A DNA stretch of 64,000 nucleotides, from positions 7,006,001 to 7,070,000 of the forward strand of contig NC_045138.2 of the NCBI RefSeq assembly GCF_008831285.2, given 5' to 3'. The notes under the pieces were generated by a model, which saw only the letters and a program-made list of their open reading frames with translations, had not been told where the DNA came from and did not search any database. Positions 26,795 through 39,966 of this stretch are shown here, piece after piece. Position numbers and translations under genes: made by a program. Each line of letters begins with the position of its first letter. Position 1 is the stretch's first letter. Source of the stretch: Nymphaea colorata (taxonomy: Eukaryota).

Positions 26795-27853
26795 AAGCTA
26801 ACGAAAGCCTTGTATGGCTTAAAGCAAGTCCTCCAACCTTAGAATATGAAATTTGATACCTGTTTCATACAAAAATGGATTTCAAAATGGTCAAAGCGAA
26901 CCATCTTTGTATGTGAAGAAAGACAGTCAAGAAAATTTTGTTGGTTGAGAAATTCAACAGAGCTATGATGAAAGAATATGTGATGATGACCTCGACATCA
27001 TGAAATATTTTTTGGTAATTCAAGTTAAACAGATAAATGTTGAAAATTTTCATTTCTCAAGAAAAATATATTGATGACTTGTTAAAGAGGTCATACATGC
27101 CAAAGTGCCAGCCAGTGAATACGCTAATGGCAATAAATGAAAAGTTCTCCAAAAAAGATGATGGAAAAAAAGTTGACGCTTCGAGGTATCACAGCTTAAT
27201 ACAATGTTTGATTTATGTCACAAATACAATGGCTAATATTATGAACGCAGTGAGTATCATCTCCAGATTTATGAATGAGATTTAAAATACTTCATCTTAC
27301 ATAAGAGAATCTTAAAGTATCTCCAAGGCACAAAGAAGTTGGGAACTAAATATATTACTAAAAATCATTTTACTTTGCTTGGTTTTAATAACAGTGATTG
27401 GGCACGTTCTGTTGATGATAGAAAAAAACACTTCAAGTTCTGTGTCTTGCTTGAAAACAAAGGTATTTTTGTGGTCTTCTATAGAGCAAAATACTATTGC
27501 ATTATCATCCACCACGGCAGAGTACATAACAGTTGCTACTGCAGCATGTGACGTAGCTAGTTTCACTAAGAAGAGCAACTGGAGATTTTCAATATAAACA
27601 AGGAAATTCAACCATTATCTAATGTGAAAAAAAAATCCGCAACTGTTACGACAAAAATCCGGTTTTTCATGTACGTTCAAAGCATATTGAACTTCGTCGT
27701 CACTCCATCAAAGAGTTAGTTGAAAATGGAAAGATTGTGATAGAATTCATCCCAAGCAAAGACCAAATTGTAGATATGTTTACAAAACCATTTCCAACAG
27801 AAAAATTTGAACAACTCTAGACTTCGTTGAGAATTTCAAATTAAATGGGGGTG
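26795..27853 (+). mobile_element. Ty1/Copia retrotransposon RT-RNaseH remnant
   Basis: KALYGLKQ, ISQEKYIDDLLKR, SDWARSVDDRK, IALSSTTAEYI, SKHIELRRH and DQIVDMFTKP motifs, broken by stops and frameshifts. Purine tract AAATGGGGGTG at the 3' end. Confidence 0.9.
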
Positions 27854-28359
27854 TTAAAAACTAATTTGTAATTCCAAATGGATTCAAAATGTTGAGATCC
27901 ATATCCAAAAAAAGGGAGGGTGCATACGGTGGATACTGAAAGCTCTTGATTTTCCAAAAAAAATCTTGAAAGTTGAACATGCTTAAGAAGATGAAATTGT
28001 AATCTCTTAAGCACGTCTCGGATATAATGAAAGCAATTAAGATGTTTAGAAATTCTTCCCAACTAAGTTTACATAAAAACACAAACACTTGATTGAGGTA
28101 ATGAGAAAAAAAGAGTGCAACATAAAAATAGAAATATCTCATTCCTACCTGCCTCCGTGTATGAATTTCGTGCACCACTTTAAATATGACAAAAAAAAAA
28201 CCCATAATTAACACAAAAATAAACTTTTTTGTAAGGATAAAAACAGAAACTGCAAAAAGAAGCTTTAAGGATTTGATAAAAGTAAAATTTGTCATATCAT
28301 CATGACCGATATACCCTTTAGACAGTAAAAAAATGTTTTTGTTTTTTACTTGACTTATA

Positions 28360-28750
28360 GCGTTATCTCATTATCTCATAAATATTTAATTATGTCATAA
28401 ACATTATCTCATATTTATGTTAAGTGTTAACTCATACATTCATTATTTCCTTATCTCATAAATATTTTATTATCTCATAAATATTATCTCATATTTATAT
28501 TAAGCGTTATCTCATATATTTGTCTATTATCTCATTATCTCCTAAACATGATCTCATATTTATATTTAGCGTTATCTCATATATTCGTCTTTTATATCAT
28601 TATCTCATAAATGTTTTGATTTCTCATAAATATTATCGCATACTCATGTTTCACATTATCTCATATATTTTTCCTCTTGTTATCTCATTATCTCATAAAC
28701 CTTTTATTATCTTAGACATACTATCTCATATTTATTTGTTATCTCATGCA
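28360..28750. repeat. degenerate TTATCTCAT(A) tandem array, probably a TE subterminal region
   Basis: Many irregularly spaced TTATCTCAT copies. Confidence 0.7.
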
Positions 28751-28984
28751 TATGCAATATTTGTGCATAAAATAAAATGTACATATATTGATAGTATGGT
28801 ACATATCCAGTGTACGTTCATTACATAAATGGAGTGGCTTACATAACTCTCACCGATTTCTCCCACCCTAGTTTTTTCTCTCTCTCTTCTTCATCTTCAA
28901 AAAAGGTCCATTTAACTTCTTGTTCGTCTTGTTGTCGCATGCCATTCTCAAGTATCCTTGCATGAAGATTTTGCTTTTTACTCT

Positions 28985-29240
28985 TCCACTCAGTTGGCTG
29001 CTGATCTTGAATCTGCCATGGTCGCCTGCCCACATGTTGTACTGCAGCCTGTCTTCGGCTGGGAGGGAACCGAAGGATGCTGTGATCGAACACTTGGAAG
29101 ACTCCACACTCATCGCAGGCATTTATGATCCTTTGCGAAGCCGATGAGCGGCGCTGCCAAAGTTGTGGCCACTGGCCAGCCAAATGGGCAAGAGAGATGA
29201 GGGGGATGTCGTACACTGAACTGTTGCCGACCACCTTGGT
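28985..29240 (-). pseudogene. flavanone 3-hydroxylase-like 2OG-dioxygenase N-terminal fragment
   Basis: KVVGNSSVYDIPLISLA...RIINACDECGVFQVFDHS, then in another frame LPAEDRLQYNMWAGDHGRFKISSQLSG (F3H: [27 protein letters not shown]). Cut off at 29240 by a MITE end. Confidence 0.7.
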
Positions 29241-30313
29241 AGGGCTGTGCATGAGCAAGTTCGAGCAGAGTTGAGCCAGCTCAAACTTGACTCGAGTGTC
29301 TAGAAAGAAACTCGAACTCGGTTTGAGCTCCAGTCGAGTCCGATTTCATTAGCTCGAGCTCGATTGGACTTGACTTTTTAAAACTTGAACAGCTTGATTA
29401 AGCTTGAGCCGAAGATTGGCTTGAGCCGAGCGAGCCAAGCAATTCATTAATTTTTTTTTTTTTAAAAAAGAGGTGGAATATAGATATGAAGACGACAACC
29501 TTGGGCTGCTGGTCTTGGTTGTGGACCTGGTTGACTGATGGGTCTGAGTCTTAGGGCCTTAGTTTACATCAAGACCTTAGTAAGAGTATGGTACACTTTT
29601 TAAATTGAGGGCAGCCAATTCCACCCCTATGTCTCTCTCTCTCTCTCTCAATTAACAACCCAATAATGCACCTCCCTCCCCCCTTGTTGGGAACCTGAGC
29701 TAGGTCGAGTCGAGACTTGGGTGGAATATGATATACCTTTCAAGTTGAGCATTGGGATCTCTTCTTTTACGATCAAAGAAAATAGCGGGAATCAAACAAG
29801 TAGCATGTCTTCTACATGCCCACCTGCCCAACCAGCAGCTATAATACGCCCCTTGTGACAAGGTACGTGGGCAACTTAGAAAATTACTTTTTATTTATGT
29901 TTTTATTTTTTGCTTTAACATTGTTGATAGTTTAAAGAAAAAAAAACATCTTTCACAATTTTCTTAGTAAAAGATGTCATAAAAGTTTAAGTGTGGCATA
30001 ACTTCATAATGAAGACGTTAAAGGCTTTCAATTGATATGAAGTCCACCTTAATTCAGTCACACAATTGAGGACTTTGAATTTAAGATTTTGAATAACAAA
30101 ATTCCCCATTAGGCCTCAAATTCGTGAAATATATATTTCAAGTCAGAAAGGAGGCTAAAAAATAATTAACACGGGTAGATAGGCCCATCTCCCTTCAGCT
30201 TTGCATGAGAAAGAAGCTACTTCTTTTTTTTTTTTTTTTCTCTCAAAGTACCCCTCCATACTCCAATTCTGTCTCCCTTTTTCTCTTCTCCCCTAAGTCC
30301 CTCTTCTCTTTTG

Positions 30314-30764
30314 TAGGGATGTCAATGGAATGGACTCGAATCTGATATGCTTTTAATTGTTTCTCCTTTTGCAGATATTCATATCTTCGAATTCAGATTC
30401 AAAGACAAACAAAAAAAAATCATATCTAAATCCGAAATCCAATTTTACATTCCAAATCTGATCTGAATCTGATTTTTTATTCATATTTGAATATGAGTCC
30501 ACATTTTGAACCGAATTTGAGCTATTTTCAAAATTGAAGAGCATTGAATATAGGATATTTATTTGAAATTAAATCCAATCTGAATTCAAATCTGACCAGA
30601 TATTTATGTATATCTGAACCCAAATTTGAATCCCATCGAATATCATTTTCTCAATCTAAATCCGATCTGATTTCATAATTGGATATTAAAATTTTTTATA
30701 TATCTAATTTTTTATAACAGATCGGTTGGACATCGGATTCAAATTGAATATATTGGCATCCTTA
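30314..30764. mobile_element. MITE, GGGATGTCAA family
   Basis: TAGGGATGTCAAT ... ATTGGCATCCTTA termini. Confidence 0.7.
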
Positions 30765-31514
30765 CTTTTCTTATATTTTCAAACACTCATTTCATTAGAA
30801 GAACTTGGAAACGAAGCCGGCAATATTCAATATTCCCTTCTGCTAGACAGGTCATATGTATATAGAGAGCCATTAGATTTTGCATATAAAAGTTTCCAAA
30901 TTTGTCAGTTTGGTCTTTTTGAAAAAATAAGAGTTGAACCCGATAAGAAATTTTCAAAAATTTTATACAATATGTCACATGAATATTCGGCACCCCACCA
31001 GAAAAAAAATGTTTAATATATAAATTTAGAGAATGAAATAATTATATTCAGTAGAATCGACCATACCATTCTTGGTGAACATTTTACTACTGCCAAATCT
31101 TTTGCCAGCTGGCTTGTAAGTTCATGAAACATCACTTACACTTTTAAGCTTGGGCATTGGGTTGGGTACCGGACAAGTCGCCGTACCAGAGTAGGCTCAA
31201 CTAAGCCTGGTTTGACTCGACAAGAATTTTTTACTATTATTTTCATTGATATATATATATATATAAGTTATTGTAATTATTTATATTTATATATTATTTT
31301 ATATTAAAATAGATATATTTTTAATTTTAACCGAACCGAACCCAAGCTCGAATTTCAGGTGTCCATTGGACTCCCATATCATTCTTTGAAAAATAAAAAA
31401 GAACAAAGAATCGAAAGCTTTCTTATTTCCCAAAAAGGCTTGAAACCTTTAATTACATGATCGAAAATTATGTTCTGTTCATTTGGAAAGCGTATTTTCT
31501 AAACTCGCACCTCG

Positions 31515-31700
31515 CACTACCCAAAAAAAAAAAAAAAATGTAGATTCATCGACGCTTAACAAAATAGCGGTCGGTAAAAGTCTATTTTTAGCGACGTTCA
31601 GGAGGTGATGCCGCATGCCGCTGAAGAGTACCGGTGAAAATTAACTTTCACCAACCTCCACCTCCAGACGTCGTCGACAAACAAGTTAATCGACCCCGTA
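31515..31700. mobile_element. one-ended CACTA-like terminal remnant
   Basis: CACTAC followed by an A-run and CGACGCT/AGCGGTCGG-type subterminal motifs. No partner end seen. Confidence 0.4.
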
Positions 31701-31889
31701 AAAATTTGGTGGTCATTTGAAAATTTCCCTTTCAGCTCTCCCTGGAGAATAGGTCCTCCTAAGAAGGAGCAGCCAATATTTGGTGCTTACCGTGTCAAAG
31801 CAGATCTGAGAAAGGAGCACGTTCACTCATTTTATCTCCTGTTCTTTCTTCCTGTAGATAACTGCAGCGTCCGGAGGGGCTTTGCACGC

Positions 31890-34711
31890 ATGACCACCAC
31901 CAAGGCGATGGGGAAGAAAGCTTTCAACTCCACTCTGGTTTTCATCTTTCTATTGGCATTCTCATGCGGCTTTCTGCTACGATATGTAGATTGCAGGGGT
32001 CCAATCTATGTCTTACCATCAGGTATGAATTTTTCCTGCACACTGAAACCCTGTTTGATTATGTTTCTACAAACATGAAAAGCAATCTCATTGTTCAGTT
32101 TAATTAGTTTACATTCACGTATCCATTAATCAGTTCGATTGAAAGCCGGGTGAAAACCCGGTCATCCATTCTGGTGTGCCAAGGAAAGCTCGGTCATCAG
32201 CTCGATTCCATAGATGCCACTCTAGACTGGTAGGCATTACTCTCAAATTGGAAGAAGTAACTGTAAGTCTATAATCACAAAAAACGCGTTATTTTTGAAA
32301 AAACATGAGAAAATGAAATGCCATTTAAAACTTTTTAAAAACGTGTTTAAAAAAACGTTAAAAACACAATTTTTCATGGTTTTTTTTTCATTTTTTATTT
32401 TTTTAATGTCAAACAAAATTTTTTCATCTATTTTTTATTTGTTGCAAATTCACTTGTCATTATTTTCTCACGTATTTTTTTTTCCAATTTTTAGTTTTTT
32501 TAAAAAAGTACCATTTCTTCTCGTATTTTTTTGAACCCCACTGTATTATATCCGAGGAAAACTTCGCCGTCTAAAACTTCAAAACTTTATCCGAGGAAAA
32601 CTTCGCCGTTTACAATGTAACTTCACCCAGGTTTTAAAGCAACTATAAACTCGGAGGACAAAGAGATTTTGACAACTTCAATGCATCTTTGTTAGGCTTG
32701 GGCATCGGGCCCGAATATCCGTTGGGCTGCTGGTACCCGGCTCGACCCAAAGGGGCCTGATTAGGCCCGATTTATTTTTAAATATTATTTTTATTTAATA
32801 ATAATATATATTTTATAATTAAAACTTTTTATTTTATATTAAAATGTTTTTTTTATTTTAATAGACTCAGATGTCGGGTCGACCCAAACCCAGCCCCATG
32901 CCCAGGCCTAATTTCTCCTCACTTAAAAGGCAAAAATTGTGGAAAAGAAAAAAACCTATTGTGTGTCATTTCATTGGATTAATGTAATAAACACGACCTG
33001 TTTATTATTGTTGAATTGCAAAAAATAATTTTGAAAAATAAGTTCATCGAAGAAAAAATTGAAAAGTTTGTTGAAGATAGGGTGCTCCCCAAATTATGAG
33101 CACCCACTGATAAGAAGTTCAATTTTTTCATATATTATATACTATTTTATTCAACCAACTGTTGTACACATATATAATTTGCATGCCATACTTAGGCAAA
33201 ACAAGTTTTAGATCTTGTAATTTTTTAATAAATATGATTATATATCTTAATATTTCAAAAAAATAATACCCAAGATATGCTAATCTTCAAGATGTTGAAA
33301 GATATTGTTTCATGTGCAAATGACACTACCGAAATCCTCATGACTAAAAAATCGTACTGAAGGGACACATAAGGCCTGATAAATTTCTAATTATAACAAT
33401 AATATCATGACTTTACAACATGAGTGTTGGTAGAAATAGGTGCCGTAGCATTACTCTCTCATTTTCTGTTTCTTTATTTATGATGGATTGGATCTGGTTC
33501 TTGAGTTTGGTAAAAATATTGGTATCTGTATCTGTCAATCAACTCAATCCACATAATATGGTTCCTAAAAGCAGGGGTAGAGGTGGGCAGCATGTGGGCC
33601 GTTGATCACACAGACCCACAAAAAAATAATTATTTTTTATTAACACTTCAAAACAATTTTTTTTCATTTACAAGTTTTTTTATGCTCTTTAAAAATTTAA
33701 AATTTATTACTACAACCTTTTAAACGATACAAAAGAGAAAATTATTAGTAGTTGGTTGCTGTCTGTGCCCACTCAAAAGCTAAGGCATTCTTGGACCAAT
33801 CTAAATAATTCATATTCATGTCAAGTACTCGGGGGTGGGCGGGGTACTTGGGCCCTGGCCCAACCTCAAAAACATTTTTAAAAAAATTACATGTAAATTA
33901 AAAAAAAAATTATTTGTTTTATATAAAAATTTTGAAAAATGATATTTCGACTCTCGACTCGGTAAGCTTGTTTGTTTGATTTTCATCATGTCACATAATG
34001 TGCTTGGTCACAACCGGGAACTTTAGAATCAGCATATGGCAGACTCAAATATAACGCAAACAATAATCAATCGCATCTGATAGTATTGTTTGGCTTTACG
34101 AGGGTCACCCACCGGCAAGTAGGACCGTATGAGGAGCTGAGCTACCTAGAGGTCGGTTGCTATGCTTAATTCTGAGCTCGGCTCACTCGAGCTTAACTGA
34201 AAATTCAAGTTTATAACAAGTCGATCGAGTTTGAGTTACATAAACTCAACTCAATCAAACTTGAGTAAGCTCCTTTAATCTATGTCGCCTTTTTTTCTTT
34301 TTTTATTTTCAAACTTAAAACCAAGGAAAGAGATCAAATCAAATAAACAGTTAGTAAACGAGTCAAGCACGAGCTAACCTTATACACCCCGACTCGAGCA
34401 TGAATCGGGTCTATTTAAGCTGACTGAACTCGACTCGGCTCGTGTACAGTGCTACCAATAAGCTAATCTTCCCTTTGCAATGCATATAACGATCTGTCAG
34501 CTGTTTATTTCTTTGATTAGTTAGCGACCTGATCCTGATTCCATCCACACCAGGCAAGAGGGATAATCTTCCAGCAGCTCCACGATATCGGCGCTTCCCG
34601 ATCCGGCGAGGACCTGAAACTGTGCAGTCTGCAAAGGCAACTAAACCTGGTGATGAGGCCAAAACAGAAGGCCTAAGCCCCAAGGCTCCAGCACCTCCCC
34701 AGGCAAATTAA
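31890..34711 (+). CDS. putative two-exon small secreted Pro-rich peptide precursor (107 aa); exons 31890-32022, 34521-34711
   Basis: Exon 1 encodes a signal-peptide-like stretch (MGKKAFNSTLVFIFLLAFSCGFLLRYVDC-R) ending AG|GTATG. Exon 2 follows a T-rich TAG acceptor and stays in frame: VSDLILIPSTPGKRDNLPAAPRYRRF...LSPKAPAPPQAN*. Confidence 0.55.
32692..32910. mobile_element. MITE, GGGCATCGGGCC family
   Basis: TAGGCTTGGGCAT ... ATGCCCAGGCCTA termini with an AT-rich core. Confidence 0.7.
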
Positions 34712-35261
34712 CAGTGCAGGTCTGAGGGATACTCTGGCTACTAGAAAATGGAGAATGGCAAGTCATATTACAGTAAAAGGAGAGCTAAAAGTATAGTGTT
34801 AGTAAAGATTAGATTATGTGTGATGAGATAAAGTTTTATTTGCAGTTCAAAGTGATTAATGCATGTAATGGTCTCTGATCATAAGGTTTGGCTCCTTGAT
34901 GAGAGAACCAGTTTGTTAAGTTCTTTCCATAGGTGATTGACGTCCTTTGGGACATCGAGCAATTCCTTTTGTATGTTTCTTATTGTTTTTCTTTGATGGT
35001 GAGGAAAAACCATTAGCGCTTTTTGGTTGTGTAAGACCCTTCATGATTTGGAAGTAATGGACATATTTATCATGTCTATTGTGGTTGTTCTGAACCATAG
35101 TTGAATATGAAATGGATGTAGAAATCAATAGTGGGTGTTGTGCCTCGACGTTCATAGTAGTGTGGCATGACACTTAAGTTGACAGGTACACCGTTGCCAC
35201 CACTGGTGTTGTTCAAATCGGTAGCCTATACAAATGGCATGTATTTTGTTTAATTTTTATA

Positions 35262-35271
<10 letters not shown>

Positions 35272-35354
<83 letters not shown>

Positions 35355-35766
35355 GATTTGAATCGGATATCCAAGCGAACTGATCCGAAAAAGTCGGATA
35401 TGAAAAAAAATCCGATTAAGAAATTGGATCGGATTAGAATTTAAAATGGCATCCAAGCGGATTCGGATATACATAAATATCCAATCAGATTCCGATATGG
35501 ATTCAGATCGGATTCATTTTTAGATAAATATCCTATATCTAATGCTATTACATTTTGGAAATTGGCAAAATCTGGTTCAAAATTCGGACTCGGATTCGGA
35601 TGTGAATATAATTCGGACTCAGATTATAGAATCAGATTTTGGATTTCGATTCGGATTCAGATATGACTTTTCTTTATTCGTATTGGTGTTAGAATATGTG
35701 AATATCCGAAAAAACGGATATGATTAAGGGTATATCTGATCTGAATTCGATATGTTGACATCCCTA
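35272..35766. mobile_element. (AT)n microsatellite abutting a GGGATGTCAA-family MITE
   Basis: (AT)~40 at 35272-35351, then TCGGAT/ATCCGA motifs ending TTGACATCCCTA. Confidence 0.7.
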
Positions 35767-37709
35767 TTTGCGAAAAGAAATAAGAAAGGTGCAGGCCTCT
35801 TCACACATTTATAGAGGGGATGAGAGAGGTAGAAGAGAAATCAATGCAGCAGGACCATTGGTTTTAAATATTTCGTAAGACATTTTGATACGGAAAATCA
35901 TATGCGAGGTCATAGCAGACCAGCAGGCCCTTGATTAGTAGGATGACATATCTCTGCTCCTAAATTATTTATATTTAAGTATTCTTTTCATCCCCCTCTC
36001 AGAGTTTTAAGCCTCCTTGGATTTATGAGAGACCCTTTTTGCCTGACTGTTAGTTAATTTTATCGTTCGTCGATCAGTTTTGACTCTCAACTGGTACAGT
36101 TTCTTTGTTCTGGAAGATTTTTCCTGCCCGTCACTAGGGCTGTGCAGTGAGTCGAGCCAACTCGAGCTTGACTCGAACTCAAACTGCCCCAACTAAGCTC
36201 AAGCTTAACTAAGAACTAACTTTATAAACAAGTTGAGTTTGAGTTCCATGAACTCGACTCGATTAAACTAAAGTAAGCTCATTTAACCTAGGTTTTTTTT
36301 TTTGTAATTTTCAAACTTAAAACAAATAAAATATATCAAGTCTAATGGAGTTCCCCACTAGCCGAGCTTAAATGAGACGGGCTCGATCGAGTTGAGCTCG
36401 AGCTGAGCAACATGTACATACATTTTGCTTTCGACAAGCTTCTTCCTCCACTGCACTTACAGGAAAAGCATACTCGATGACATGTCCGACCAATTGGAGA
36501 AGGTGGCACTGATAACATGGATTCGAATTTTATTGCCCTTTTGTCTTGCTCTTGCATTCCTTTCATTATAATAAGCAAGAATTACTTACCTAGAAGGGTG
36601 GAGCCCCATGTGGGCATGTGTGGGCAGTTGCCCACACGGTCCCACACATTTCAATCGTTTTTATAACGGTAATCATCAACAATTTGTTTGTTCATATACT
36701 AGTGCCCGTTAATTATTTACCTAGTGCCCCTTAATCATATTATTATATAATGTCTAAGATGTTTTGTGATATATATTCCTTAGTAAAAAATTTCTAGCTT
36801 CACCCTGATTACGATCACCCAAGTCTTTGTTAAGTTTTATTACAGGGAAAAGGATAAAGGACCATATAAAATTTTACTTATGTCTTTAAATATTTGTTAA
36901 TTTTCAATTGATTGACATCACTGCTGAAAGAGATTCATGAACCACCAACAGGGTTAATATCCATTATTGTACAAATAGGTAAAGATTTGGCTTCGGGTTG
37001 GTTCCATTCACCAATGAAAGATTTCTGAACTAAATATTTGTAGAAAGAAAAAGATGGTATTCAATAGCATGACATAAAGTGAAAGATGACATATAATTTC
37101 GTATTCAATACACAAGGCAAATTCTTGCTATTTTTGGAAAATATGGATTTGAGTTTTAAAAATTTTCCCTCTATTCTTGCTTCACCTACCAAATAACTTC
37201 AATTTCCTAAAGATATATCATATACAGTTTTGTACTACAAATTGTTCATTATAATCAAATTCAAACACCATCCAAAGCTCAATCTTTGAGTTTCACCACA
37301 TGATATTCTAGGAAGACCAAACCCTCAATATGAGTTCCACAAATAAGTATGCGTCCCTCATTTTGTGTCTTCTTGGTATTTTAGTCAGTCACGGCTCGTT
37401 AAGTGAAGGCAGCAAGCCTATTTGCCAAGAGAAAATATTATCACGAGGAGAAACCAGTCAAGAGTCACGTCATCTTCTTCATCACTCTGTCTTTTTTAGT
37501 CAGCTATCAATATTTTTGCAGATTCAAGATCAGATCAAACATTAAATATATAGTTAACAAAATTTCAGTTGACCGCAAAACAGTGGCCTAAATCTCGTGG
37601 GGCTGCTTTGTAAAACAGTGACCATAAACCCAACCCAGATTTACCCAGCTTTCAGTTCTGAATTAATGACTCAAAGAGTGGGCTTTGTGGGGCATGGGAC
37701 CCCACCCGC

Positions 37710-38169
37710 TAAGCCTAGGCATCTGGTCCACCCAATGCCCAACCTTAGGGGGTCTCCATAATGAGTCGGCTCCGTTGTGACCCGATTAAATTAAAATATA
37801 TATATTTTTAATATAAAATAATAAATAAATATAATTAATTGTAATAAAAATATTATATATATAAATTAATAAAATATATGTAATAAATATTTAGCTCTAG
37901 TGTTCCAAGATATACAGGATCTACTAAAACATTTTCGTTGGATGAGATGGAAAGAGCTACAAATAATTTTGATCCGGCTCGAGCCGTCCAAGAGGGCGGC
38001 TTTGGACGTGTTTAGAGTAGCTATCAGGTGGTAGTAATGGTTCTCAAAAGAGATGCTTTGTCATCTCCATCACATAAACTTTGGTGACGGGTCGGCCCGA
38101 TGCCCTTTTTCTCGGGGTCAGGTACCGAGTGCCCGCCGGTGGCTCAGCCCAGCCCAGTGCTTAGCCTTA
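37710..38169. mobile_element. hAT-type MITE carrying a receptor-like kinase fragment
   Basis: TIR TAAGCCTAGGCA / TGCTTAGCCTTA; TSD CCACCCGC / CCACCCAC; kinase fragment at 37890-38054. Confidence 0.75.
37890..38054 (+). pseudogene. captured RLK/Pelle (ALE2/extensin-like) kinase subdomain I-II fragment
   Basis: FSSSVPRYTGSTKTFSLDEMERATNNFDPARAVQEGGFGRV*SSYQVVVMVLKRD. Confidence 0.85.
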
Positions 38170-39781
38170 CCACCCACTTCCACTCTTGAGCTAGTCATAT
38201 CAAGGTGACAAAAGTTGATATAGGTCTCCGGATGTTTCTTTATCTTCACTAGATATTATGTTAACTGAAAGGTCATTTCAGTTGTTTCTTAATATAAAAT
38301 TTGAAAAAAAAAAAGGGAAAGGTCAATAAGACTAGATGCATATTGACTAATTTGATTAACCCTAGAAGTAATATAGAGACCAAAAATTGTCCAAATCCAC
38401 TTTGTGGCATTTGATTTTTTATGATATCCAAAACTTATATTTTACATGTGCTACTACTAAGGTTGCCAATATTATATTTCAACATTAATATTGGTCTTAA
38501 TACTTCTTCTAATTTTCAGTTGGATAGTGGTGACGTCTTCGATTGTGTGGATTTTTACAGTCAGCCTGGCATGAGGAACTCTTCAACCAGAGTCTGTTTT
38601 CCTTTCTCTCCTTTTCAAATTTGTCTACTAAACACATCCTTCATTTACATAAGCCTAATCCAAGAAAGGAATTTAATCTTGAAATTCCAACTAATATATA
38701 ATCACTGGAACTTAACCTAACACTCAAATTTAGTGCGGATTTGATGCATTGCATGCTTTTATACCATAACCACAAATACCATTTTCGGGTTTTAAAGGGT
38801 GAGGTTTTTGTAGGTATAAAACTGCAAAGTTGTTTTTCATGAGAAAAAACAAGAAAATTTTGGTAAATTTTAAAACAATTAATCTTTCCAGGAGAAAAAG
38901 AAAGGCAGTTAAACAATCTTAGAATGACAAAACGGCCAAAATAAAATCTGGTAACTAAAAACTACCAAAAAGTATGAGAAAAACATGAAAAAACACATGT
39001 TTTGTTTTTGAGATTTTTTTAAATACGATTTTTTTACGTTTTGTGCGGCTGATCAATCTTTAACGTTTTAAATGCGTTTTTTTTTTAAAATATACATTGT
39101 TTGTTATACATAAGCTTGATTTCACCTATACCCTAATGTTTCCGCGAAGTACTTTTCCAGCATCCTGCAACTTCACTCATATAAACCCCGAGAAGAATCT
39201 TCAGATTCAAGATCATCATGCTCATGATTTAAGACTAAGCATTCTATATAATATATATATGATGCAAAAATAACTGAAATTTATATATGCTTGTGTGTTC
39301 TGGTGCATGTGCTAAACATGGCGGCAGTCGAGAGCGAAACTCATGCTGCAAGAAGCAACAAGATCGAAGAACAATTCCCGTGATCGATCGGCAAGTGACG
39401 AGTTGAGAAGCGTTGGCTGCCCAGCAGGAAGCGTTCTATTTCTTAAGGCCACTAAGGCAGGAGCCCTCAATCATAGTGCCATGGACAGTGTCGCAAGATC
39501 TCGTGCCAAATTCTTTCTCAAGTCGTAAACCATTAATGGATCATGAAGTGGCAGCTCGATATGAGGTTTTGTATATCAAATAATCCATGCCCCTCCATCT
39601 CTTCCTCTTTCTTTCTTATTCTTCATTAAACTTTGAAAATCTGTAGTTCACCTGCATTTCTTTAGTTATTCAAAGAGAGGTCTAAACCGCCCCACCTTTT
39701 CCCCTGCTCTTAAGGTTCAATGTGTGATCGAGCAAAGCTGGTTATATGCGTCATACTGATGCAAGAAATTTCATGCGTTAG

Positions 39782-39966
39782 TAGGGGCGGAGCCAGGATT
39801 TTCTTTAGGGGCGGGCCGACAGTCTAACCTCTGAATTCGAGTAAGGTCAAATTGAATTCAAATCCAAAAAATATATGGTGCAATTAAAAAAATTTATTTT
39901 TTTCAAAGTAATTTTTTTTTTTCATTGGCCAGAGTAGGACCATGGCCTAGGCGGGCCCTCCCCCTG
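39782..39966. mobile_element. 185-bp MITE related to the hAT at 55539-60284
   Basis: TSD TGCGTTAG/TGTGTTAG. Both ends resemble the hAT ends (AGGGGCGGGCC; CCATGGCCTAGGCGGGCCC). Confidence 0.85.

Noticed and set aside
28360..28750. CRISPR-like reading of the TTATCTCAT array (and the 43070-43470 repeats)
   Set aside because: Eukaryotic context, degenerate repeats, no unique constant-length spacers, no cas genes.
32550..32610. Short tandem duplications (also 46605-46655 and 63866-63930)
   Set aside because: Ordinary slippage or repair duplications with no functional sign.
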